The position numbers and the translations under genes are program-made. Below are positions 33,183 through 41,089 of a DNA stretch of 64,000 bases, piece by piece. Every line of letters begins with the position of its first letter. Within the stretch, counting starts at the first letter, position 1. Below the pieces are notes generated by a model. It searched no databases. It saw only the letters and a list, made by a program, of their open reading frames with translations, and was not told the DNA's origin. This stretch comes from Candidatus Dormiibacterota bacterium (GTDB taxonomy: Bacteria; Chloroflexota; Dormibacteria; Dormibacterales; Dormibacteraceae), in NCBI GenBank assembly GCA_036747295.1, contig DAIOCN010000016.1:210-64209 (forward strand), written 5' to 3'.

Positions 33183-33209
33183 CCTTTGATGATAGGCGAG
33201 GTCGGCGAG

Positions 33210-35180
33210 CTATCCCGCCACGCGCGCCGAGCGCCGGCGCTGCTTGCCGGACACGTAGTCCACCAGGATGTACTCGCCCAGCCGCTCCGGCGAGACGAAG
33301 AAAGCGCGGCCCTTGTTGATTCGCGTCATCTGGTTGATGAACTCGGTGAGATAGGGACCCCGCTCCAGCATGAACGTGTTGATCACGATCCGGTCCCGGG
33401 TGCAGCGCCGGACCTCCTTCAGCGTCTCCTGGATGGTGCGGAAGGTGGGCGGGTAGGCGAAGTAGACGCGGCCGTTGTCGAGATGGGCCGTGGGCTCGCC
33501 GTCGGTGACCATGATGATCTGGCGATTGCCCCGGTGCTTGGCCAGGAGCGAGCGGGCCACCTGGAACCCGTGCTGCATGTTGGTGCCGTAGACGTAGTCG
33601 TTGAGCGCGATCTGGGGCAGCGATTGCGGCTTCAGCTCCACGGCGTGGTTGGAGAAGCCGACCACGTACAGGCTGTCCCGCGGGAACTGGCTGCGGATCA
33701 GCGCGTCAAGCGCTATGGCGACCTTTTTGGCCGCCAGGAAGCAGCCGCGCAGAAACATCGAGCGGCTCATGTCGATCATCAGCACGGTGGACGCCTGCGT
33801 CGAGTGCTCGGTGCGGTGGATCACGAAGTCCGAAGGCTCGATGTGCACGGGAACCCCTTTGCCCTCGCGCGTCAGCGAGGTGAAGAGGGTCTCCTTCATG
33901 TCCAGCAGGAAGGGGTCGCCGTACTCGTACTCCTTCAGCTCTTCGCCGGCTTCCGTGCCGAGCCCGGCCCCCAGCATCCTGTGCTGGCCGATCCGGCTCT
34001 TCTTGAGCTGGTTGAAGATGTCCTTGAGAGCGCTCTGCCCGATCCGCCGCATGCCGCGCGGCGTCAGCTCCAGGCGGCGGTCCTTGCGCTCGACGTAGCC
34101 CGCCTTCTCGAGCACCTCGGTCATCTGGCGCAGCTGGTCCAGCTGCTGCCGGGCCTGCGGCCCCAGGACCTGCTCGGCCAGCCCGCGGTCAACGTCGTCG
34201 AGGCGGAAGCTGCCTCGCTCCAGCTGCGACTCCAGCCGGTCCATCTGCTGGAGGCGCTCCATCAGCCCCATCGCCTCCTGGAGGGAGAGCGGGTCGTCCC
34301 CGAAGAAGGGGTACCGCTCGGTCATCTCCGAGGGCGGCATCATCTGCTGCATCATCGCCCCGAGGCGGGCCAGCTCCAGGCGCAGCGAGTCGTCCGCGAG
34401 CAGCTCGTCCATCATCCGGCGCAGTTCGTCGCGCGCCTCCGGGGAGAGGCTCTGCAGCAGCGACTGCATCTGGGCCATCTGGCGCTGCAGGTGCTCCAGC
34501 AGCTGGTCGAGGGAGTCGATCTCGGGCGGGAACATGTCGCCGTACTTCTGCTTGAACTCCTGGAAGTTCGGCGTGAGCCCCTGCTGGCGCTGCTCGAGCA
34601 TCTGATTCAGGTCGCGCACCATCTCGCGGATCCGGCTCAGGTCCTGGCCTTTCATGCCCTCGATGGACTGCTTCATGCCCTGGAACATCTGGTCCACGAT
34701 CTGCTGCTGCAGCTTCTTCAGGAGGTCCTCGAACTTCTGGCGGGCCTCTTCGTCTATGAACTCGTAGTTGCGGAGCTCCTTGACGCGGCTGCCGAGGTCG
34801 TCGGGCATCCGGTCCAGCTGGTCCCGGCGCTGCCTGGCGATCCGCTCCATCAGCTTCTTGCCGTCAGGCGGCGCCTGCTCCACCTTGCGGTCGATGCCGG
34901 TGCGCTCGGTGTCGATCACGTCCTGCAGCTGCTCGCGGATCTGGTCGACTGTGGACTCGAGGTCGTAGCGCGAGAGCTCCTGCTCGCGCTGCTCGCGCAG
35001 ATCCTTCAGCAGCTGCTCCAGGCCCGGCATGTCCTCGTTGCCCCAGCGGTGGAGGCGCTGGAGGGCGGCCGAGAGGTCGCCGTAGCTCATCAGGTCGTCG
35101 GACAGCGCGTCCAGGACCTGGTCGGCGTCCAGCTCGTCGAGGTGCTGGGTGCCGTCCCAGCGGGAGTAGCGGGCTCTCAT
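33210..35180 (-). CDS. VWA domain-containing protein (long helical N-terminal region, C-terminal von Willebrand A domain)
   Basis: N-terminus RYSRWDGTQ. C-terminal MIDAS VLMIDMSRSM ... IIMVTDGEPTAH. Confidence 0.75.
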   Translation of the reverse strand: MRARYSRWDGTQHLDELDADQVLDALSDDLMSYGDLSAALQRLHRWGNEDMPGLEQLLKDLREQREQELSRYDLESTVDQIREQLQDVIDTERTGIDRKVEQAPPDGKKLMERIARQRRDQLDRMPDDLGSRVKELRNYEFIDEEARQKFEDLLKKLQQQIVDQMFQGMKQSIEGMKGQDLSRIREMVRDLNQMLEQRQQGLTPNFQEFKQKYGDMFPPEIDSLDQLLEHLQRQMAQMQSLLQSLSPEARDELRRMMDELLADDSLRLELARLGAMMQQMMPPSEMTERYPFFGDDPLSLQEAMGLMERLQQMDRLESQLERGSFRLDDVDRGLAEQVLGPQARQQLDQLRQMTEVLEKAGYVERKDRRLELTPRGMRRIGQSALKDIFNQLKKSRIGQHRMLGAGLGTEAGEELKEYEYGDPFLLDMKETLFTSLTREGKGVPVHIEPSDFVIHRTEHSTQASTVLMIDMSRSMFLRGCFLAAKKVAIALDALIRSQFPRDSLYVVGFSNHAVELKPQSLPQIALNDYVYGTNMQHGFQVARSLLAKHRGNRQIIMVTDGEPTAHLDNGRVYFAYPPTFRTIQETLKEVRRCTRDRIVINTFMLERGPYLTEFINQMTRINKGRAFFVSPERLGEYILVDYVSGKQRRRSARVAG

Positions 35181-35219
35181 CCGGCCATGCTAGAGGTTCG
35201 GCCGGGTCCGGCCGAACCT

Positions 35220-35933
35220 CTATACCTCGTCGCCGGGTTTGATGTCGAGCACACTGACGCCGCTCCCGACCAGTTCCTGGAGCTCGCTGGGCCGGCCCGT
35301 CAGCGGCGGGAAGGTGCCGAAGTGCATGGGCACCACGGTCTTGACCCCCAGCAGCTCGACCGCCTTGGCAGCCCGCTTGGGGCCCATCGTGTAGTAGTTC
35401 CCGATCGGCAGGAACGCCACGTCGAACTGGTGGAGGTCCGCGATCAGGCGCATGTCCGAGAACACGTCGGTGTCACCGGCGAAGTAGACGGTGAAGCCGT
35501 TCTCGAACTCGATCACCATCCCGCACGGCTCGCCGCCATAGATGATGGTCGTGGAGCCCGGCGGGTCGGTGATGCCGCAAGAGTGCTCGGCGTGGACCAG
35601 CGTGACCTTGATGCCGTCGAACTCGTGGGTGCCGCCCTTGTTGCCGCCGTCCACCTTCTCGATCCCCTTGCCGGCCATCCAGTTGGCGGTCTCGAAGATC
35701 GCGTGCACGGTGCAGCCGGTGGCTTTTGCGATCTCCACGCCGTCGTGGATGTGATCGAAATGGCCGTGAGTGATGAGCATCAGGTCGCAGGCGTCGACCG
35801 TCTTCAGATGCTCGGGTGCGACCGGGTTGTTCATCACCCAGGGATCGATCAGGACGGTTTTTCCGCCGGCGCTCGACACCTTCCAGCTGCCGTGCCCGAT
35901 CCAGGTGAACTTGACCCCCTCATTGATCCCCAT
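35220..35933 (-). CDS. MBL-fold metal-dependent hydrolase (UPF0173-like)
   Basis: From ATG 35933: MGINEGVKFTWIGHGSWKV...LMLITHGHFDHIHD...VPMHFGTFP. Confidence 0.8.
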   Translation of the reverse strand: MGINEGVKFTWIGHGSWKVSSAGGKTVLIDPWVMNNPVAPEHLKTVDACDLMLITHGHFDHIHDGVEIAKATGCTVHAIFETANWMAGKGIEKVDGGNKGGTHEFDGIKVTLVHAEHSCGITDPPGSTTIIYGGEPCGMVIEFENGFTVYFAGDTDVFSDMRLIADLHQFDVAFLPIGNYYTMGPKRAAKAVELLGVKTVVPMHFGTFPPLTGRPSELQELVGSGVSVLDIKPGDEV

Positions 35934-35937
35934 GCAG

Positions 35938-37143
35938 TTATCTCCCTGAGTTCGAATCCGGCCGGAAAAGTCCATGGTGCCATAGGCCGAGGGCGAAGAC
36001 GGCCAGGCCGGCGAGGGCCCAGACGTTGGGGAACGGGAGCTCGCAGGGCTGTCTGACGAAGCCAATCAAGGCGACCAGGAGGAGGGCCAGCGGCCAGGGC
36101 CGGGCCAGCTCTAGAGAGCGCACGGCGAGGAGCAGGACCAGCGGCAGCAGGGGCAGCCATTGGTAGGGGTAGACCTCGCCCGGGATGAGGGCCCCCAGGC
36201 CGAACCCGAGCGCCATGCCATACAGCGGCGACCAGCCGCTCCGACGCGCCGCGAGGACCGTGCCGCCCAACAGTCCCAGGTCGGTCAGGGCGGTCAGCGC
36301 CGACGCCAGGAGCGGGAGGTGGATCGGAGACCGGACAGGGCCGCTGGGGAGCAGGTAAGCCTGGCCCCCGAGGGCCCTCTGCCACAGGCCGGGTACCGAG
36401 GCGATGCCGCAGTCGGGGTCGGACGCGCCGGCCGCCGGCAGCAGGACGCCGCGAACGTACTGGAGCGGGTCCCCGAAGGGGATGAAGGCGATCGCGCTGA
36501 CCACCACGAAACCGAGGGCGAGCCCGGCCAGGAAGCGGGGTCGCGGGTTGCCGATCCCCATCGCCAGCGGGTAGAGCTTGAGCGCGCCCGAGACGCCGCC
36601 TGCGACACCGGCCAGCAGTGGCCGGCGGGCGTGGAGCGCAAAGGCGGCCATGCCGAAGAGCAGGACGGCGCCGCCCCGCTGGCCCGCGTCGAGGTCGGCG
36701 AAGAGCGGCGGGAAGTACGCGGCCAACAGCCAGAAAAGGGGCTGGGCGGAGGGATGTGCGGGTGCTAGGGCGCGGTACAGGACGAAGAGCGCCGTGACTA
36801 CGGCGAGAGCGTCCGTGGCTGTCCAGAGCTGGACCGCGAGACCCTCCGGCAGCAGCGCATAGGGCGCCGCCAGCCAGAGCTGGGCGGGCGGTGCCAGGAA
36901 GTGCAGAGTGCCAGGCACCGGCAGCAAGTGGCTGCGGGCCATGATCGAAGCGGTCAGCGGGTAGAGATCTCCGGGCCGGGTCAGCATCAGCCGCCCCGCC
37001 ATCCACCAGTTGCGGGCGTCGGGACGGTCGGGGGCGAGGGCGGTGTAGAAAGCGACGCGAACTGCGAAGACGGCGGCGAGCGTCCAAAGCAGCCAGGGCC
37101 GCGCCAGTACCCGCGCCAGTCGCTCGAATGGTCCTACTTCCAC
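35938..37143 (-). CDS. Polytopic membrane protein, DUF2029 / GT87-like glycosyltransferase
   Basis: About 10 TM segments. Contains a GDLYP...FLAPPAQLWLAAPYALLP loop and an LKLYP motif. Confidence 0.6.
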   Translation of the reverse strand: MEVGPFERLARVLARPWLLWTLAAVFAVRVAFYTALAPDRPDARNWWMAGRLMLTRPGDLYPLTASIMARSHLLPVPGTLHFLAPPAQLWLAAPYALLPEGLAVQLWTATDALAVVTALFVLYRALAPAHPSAQPLFWLLAAYFPPLFADLDAGQRGGAVLLFGMAAFALHARRPLLAGVAGGVSGALKLYPLAMGIGNPRPRFLAGLALGFVVVSAIAFIPFGDPLQYVRGVLLPAAGASDPDCGIASVPGLWQRALGGQAYLLPSGPVRSPIHLPLLASALTALTDLGLLGGTVLAARRSGWSPLYGMALGFGLGALIPGEVYPYQWLPLLPLVLLLAVRSLELARPWPLALLLVALIGFVRQPCELPFPNVWALAGLAVFALGLWHHGLFRPDSNSGR

Positions 37144-37316
37144 CTGCGCGTCCGGAGGAACTGGACGCAGCCCAGCACGATCTGGTAGGAGACGGAGGGT
37201 TGGCTCAGGGACAGGTCCTGGGCCGCCGCGCTGAAGCTGAGATGGTCAGCCACCGCCTTGAAGATGCGCAGCTGGTGGAGCGTGACCGCCTTGTCCAGCG
37301 CCAGCGGCTCGGCCAT
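37134..37316 (-). pseudogene. LysR-family regulator remnant (HTH domain only)
   Basis: LTLHQLRIFKAVADHLSFSAAAQDLSLSQPSVSYQI is a canonical LysR N-terminal HTH. The ORF then runs into unrelated sequence and stops after 60 codons. No substrate-binding domain follows. Confidence 0.6.
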
Positions 37317-37338
37317 CGGCGACTACGATAGGCGACGT

Positions 37339-38985
37339 ATGGCGGAGAGGGCCGATCGCAAGCCCCCAAAACTGAGCCCTGTCCGGCGCACCCCCAAGGC
37401 CGCCGGGAAGCGCGAGGCGCCCACCCGCACGCCCGCCACCGCGTCTGAGCAGAAGCTCAACCAGTATCGCAAGCGGCGCTACGAGGTTCTGCACCAGGGC
37501 GGCGAGGCGGGCGCCAAGCGGAAGGCGCAGGGCAAGCTCGGCGCCCGCGAGCGGATCGACCTCCTGCTCGACGAGGGCAGCTTCGTGGAGCTCGACATCT
37601 TCGCCACCACCCGGGCGACCGGCTTCGGGATGGAGGACAGGCGGATCCCGGGCGACGGTGTGGTCGTCGGCTTCGGCACCGTGGACGGACGCGAGGTGGC
37701 CGTCTACGCCTACGACCCCACGGTGCTGGGCGGCTCCCTGGGCGAGGTGACGGCCGAAAAGATCGTCAAGGTCCAGGAGCTGGCGCTGCGGAACCGCATC
37801 CCGATCGTGGGCATCAACGACTCCGGGGGCGCGCGCATCCAGGAGGGCGTGGTGGCTTTGGCCGGCTACGCGGACATCTTCTTCCGAAACGTCCGCTCGT
37901 CCGGCGTGGTGCCCCAGATCAGCGTCATCGCCGGCCCCTGCACTGGCGGCGCGGTGTACTCGCCGGCGATCACCGACTTCATCTTCATCGTCGCGGGGTC
38001 CGGCTACATGTTCATAACCGGCCCCGAGGTCGTGCGCGTCACGACCGGCGAGGAGGTCACCTTCGACCAGTTGGGCGGCGGCGAGGTGCACAACGTCCGC
38101 TCCGGCGTGGGCCACTTCCTGCCCAAGGACGAGGAGGAGTGCTCGGCGATGGTGCGTGAGCTGCTCTCCTACCTGCCCGCCAACAACACGGAGCAGCCAC
38201 CCTTCAAGCCCACTGCGGACGACTTCGAACGCGCCGACCCCGAGCTCCAGACGATCGTCCCGGACTCGCCCAACCTGCCCTATGACATGCGCGAGGTGAT
38301 CGTGCGGCTGGTCGACGATCGTCGCTTCCTCGAGGTTCAGCCCTTCTTCGCGCAGAACATGGTGGTGGGCTTCGGGCGGCTGGGCGGCCACCCGATCGGC
38401 ATCGTCGGCAACCAGCCCAAGGTGCTGGCGGGGGCGATCGACATCAAGGCCTCCACCAAGGCAGCTCGCTTCATCCGCTTCTGTGACGCGTTCAACATCC
38501 CGATCGTCTCGCTGGTGGACGTGCCCGGCTACCTGCCCGGCACGGCCCAGGAGCACGAGGGGATCATCCGGCACGGGGCCAAGCTCCTTTACGCCTACGC
38601 CGAGGCGACGGTGCCCAAGCTCACGGTTATAACGCGCAAAGACTACGGGGGCGCGTACTGCGTCATGTCACCCAAGCAGATGGGCGCGGACCTGAACCTG
38701 GCCTGGCCGACGGCCGAGATCGCGGTGATGGGCCCGGAAGCGGCGGTCAACATCATCTACCGGCGCGACCTGGTGGCGGCGGCGGACCCGGTGGCCAAGC
38801 GCAAGGAGCTGGTGGCGCAGTACACCGCGCGCTTCGCCAACCCCTACGTGGCGGCCGAGCGCGGCTACATCGACGACGTGATCGAGCCCCGCGAGACGCG
38901 CCGCGAGCTGATCCGCGGGCTCCAGCTCTGCCTGCGCAAGACAGTCGAGCGGCCCCCCCGTAAGCACGGCAACATCCCGCTCTAA
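37339..38985 (+). CDS. pccB: Acyl-CoA carboxylase carboxyltransferase (beta) subunit, propionyl-CoA carboxylase type
   Basis: GKLGARERIDLLLDEGSF, GGSLGE, DSGGARIQEG, and the second carboxyltransferase half with PKLTVITRKDYGGAY. Start chosen at ATG 37339. Confidence 0.9.
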   Translation: MAERADRKPPKLSPVRRTPKAAGKREAPTRTPATASEQKLNQYRKRRYEVLHQGGEAGAKRKAQGKLGARERIDLLLDEGSFVELDIFATTRATGFGMEDRRIPGDGVVVGFGTVDGREVAVYAYDPTVLGGSLGEVTAEKIVKVQELALRNRIPIVGINDSGGARIQEGVVALAGYADIFFRNVRSSGVVPQISVIAGPCTGGAVYSPAITDFIFIVAGSGYMFITGPEVVRVTTGEEVTFDQLGGGEVHNVRSGVGHFLPKDEEECSAMVRELLSYLPANNTEQPPFKPTADDFERADPELQTIVPDSPNLPYDMREVIVRLVDDRRFLEVQPFFAQNMVVGFGRLGGHPIGIVGNQPKVLAGAIDIKASTKAARFIRFCDAFNIPIVSLVDVPGYLPGTAQEHEGIIRHGAKLLYAYAEATVPKLTVITRKDYGGAYCVMSPKQMGADLNLAWPTAEIAVMGPEAAVNIIYRRDLVAAADPVAKRKELVAQYTARFANPYVAAERGYIDDVIEPRETRRELIRGLQLCLRKTVERPPRKHGNIPL

Positions 38986-38992
38986 GCCCGGG

Positions 38993-39629
38993 CTAAGCCG
39001 GCACCTTTTTCTGGGCCCAGGGGCCGTAACGCCGGTAGGCGCGCACCATCCAGACGAAGACCGCCAGCCAGCAGAGCTCCAGGACGATCTCGATCACCGC
39101 CAGCAGCACCGGTTCGTGGATGGCCTGCCCGTTCAATCCGGTCGGCGTGCCAATCCCGAACAGCTGCGCCACCTGGCCGGGAAGACCGAGGACCGACAGG
39201 ACGGTGGCGATCATCAGGAGCCAGTACATCCAGGTCCAGCGCTTGAGCGTGCCAAACGATGAGGAGCACCGTCCAGGCCAGGCCGACGACGGCGGCCACT
39301 GCGAGCGTTCCCGACATGACGGCGTCGAAGCCGCTGCGAAAGGCGGCCGGGTCGGAGCCCGCCGGCACCTGCATGCCGGCGAGCACGCTGTCTCTGATCG
39401 CGGGCCCGATGCTGGCAACGGCCCAGCCCGCCAGGAGGCTCGCGACCAGCGTCAGCGCGATCACGGCGGCCTGCAGAGGGCGCGTCCACTCGGTCGGCAC
39501 CCGCTTCGTCGCGGGTGCCCGGTTGGGCACCCAGCCCTGGCCGTCGAACCACCAGGCGCCGTCCGGCGAGACCGCCCGCACCCAGGTGCTCCCGTCCCAC
39601 CACCAGAGCTTGTCGGGCGAGTGGCTCAC
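38993..39629 (-). pseudogene. Membrane protein with two N-terminal DUF2510-like WWDG motifs; one apparent frameshift in a T3 run near 39255
   Basis: The N-terminal half is in ORF 38982..39629 (MSHSPDKLWWWDGSTWVRAVSPDGAWWFDGQGWV, then TM segments). The C-terminal TM half is in ORF 38993..39418 (WTWMYWLLMIATVLSVLG...). Deleting one T in atcgtttggc joins them in frame. Confidence 0.65.
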
Positions 39630-39664
39630 GGCGCCCAGCTTAGGGCTACCATCCCGGCACCGGG

Positions 39665-40807
39665 ATGGCGGACACGTTCTACGAGCCGCTCACGGCGCGG
39701 GACGCCTGGTTCCTCTACGCCGAGGGGTCCGACACGCCATTCGACATCGGCACCGTCTACGTCTTCGAGGCCGGCTCCCAGGTCCCGGGCGGCGGGGGCG
39801 CGCTTGCCATCGAGGAGTCGATCGCCCAGCGCCTGCACCTGGTGCCGCGCTACCGCCAGAAGCTGAACCGCGTCGCGTTCAACCTGGGCCACCCGGTCTG
39901 GGTCGACGGTCCGAATTTCGACCTCGGCTTCCACGTCCGGCACGAGGTGCTGCCCGAGCCCGCCGACGCCGCCCGGGCCCGGGCGGCGGTCGCCCGCATC
40001 CTGCAGCGACGGCTCGACAAGAGCCGGCCCCTCTGGGAGATGGCCGTCCTGCGCGGCCTCCCCGGGGGCCGGGTCATGATCGTCAACCGCACCCACCACG
40101 CGATGGTGGATGGCGTCTCGAACCGCGACATCATGTCGATCCTCTTCGACGCCACCCCCGGCGAGCCCCAGCCCCAGCCCCCGGCTGCGCCCTGGCGGCC
40201 TCGGCCGTCGCCCGGCAACCTGCGGCTGATCTGGGCTCAGCTCGTGGGGCGGATCCTGGGAACGGGCGGACCGGTGGCCAACCCCCTGGTCGGGCTGGCG
40301 ATGTGGTGGATGTCGTGGCGAGGTTTCCTGCAGCTGGGGCGCTCAGCCCGCGCCCACGCATCTTCTTCAACCGCAGCATCGGGCCCCAGCGCAGCGGTCG
40401 TGGCCTCAAGGTGCCGCTGGCCGGCCTCAAGGCCCTCAAGCGGCGATTCGGCTGTACGGTCAACGACGCCCTCCTCGCCATCGTGGGCGAGGGTCTCAAC
40501 GGCTGGCTGCGCGAGCGCGGCGAGCGGGTGCCCGGAGATGGTCCGGGTATTCATCCCGGTCAGCGTCCGCCAGCCCGGGGGTCGCGAGCAGATGGGCAAT
40601 CGAATCAGCGGCATGGTGATCGAGCTGCCGACCGGAGACCTGGCGTTCGAGGAGCGCCTCCGCCGTGTCCACGCCTCCACCGAAGGCCTGAAGCGCTCCC
40701 GCCAGGCGCTGGCCGCCGACCGGATCGCCGGCCTGGCGGGCTGGGCGCCTCCCAGCCTGCTGGTGCTGGCCGACACGATCGCCACGCCCAGCGCCATCGA
40801 GGGATAG
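39665..40807 (+). pseudogene. WS/DGAT (wax ester synthase / diacylglycerol acyltransferase) with two compensating frameshifts and a missing C-terminus
   Basis: Catalytic motif THHAMVDGVS. The middle conserved segment PRIFFNRSIGPQR...FGCTVNDALLAIVGEGLNGWLRERGERVP lies in another frame (ORF 39259..41028), roughly between 40340 and 40535. The original frame then returns: EMVRVFIPVSVRQPGG. The gene ends at 40807, about 90 aa short of the family norm. Confidence 0.75.
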
Positions 40808-40834
40808 AGCGGCGCGAACGGCCAGACCTCCAGC

Positions 40835-41054
40835 AGCTGGGCGCACCCACCGGGATCGCGAGCGCCGAGGCCAGGAAGGCGACCAGGAAGACCCAGAACA
40901 CCCAACGCCAGCGGTTCACGATTCCGATCGCGAGGACGCCCACCCAGAGCACCACGGCAAGCAGAAACGGCAGCGCCACACCCCGGGTCTTGAGCACGTC
41001 GTCGTACACGCCGGGAGCCGCCAGGTAGATCGCCACCACGGCCGCCGCGGCCAA
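40835..41054 (-). CDS. Fragmentary small membrane-protein ORF (3 hydrophobic helices); frame and 3' end ambiguous
   Basis: From TTG 41054: MAAAAVVAIYLAAPGVYDDVLKTRGVALPFLLAVVLWVGVLAIGIVNRWRWVFWVFLVAFLASALAIPVG. After that it becomes Arg-rich unless the frame shifts. It overlaps the truncated 3' end of the WS/DGAT gene. Confidence 0.25.
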
Positions 41055-41089
41055 CCCGCAGAAGCCGAGCAGCGCACTCTGGAGCCGGT

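Noticed and set aside
33117-36056. 979-aa + strand ORF, the longest in the track
   Set aside because: It is antisense to the VWA gene and the MBL hydrolase gene. Its composition is dominated by L/R/G/H/V/A with no motifs. This is the typical open shadow frame of high-GC DNA, and the minus-strand products have clear family signatures.
39259-41028. 589-aa + ORF
   Set aside because: It is mostly Arg/Pro/Gly-rich nonsense. Only its 40340-40535 segment carries WS/DGAT-conserved sequence, because of the double frameshift in that gene.
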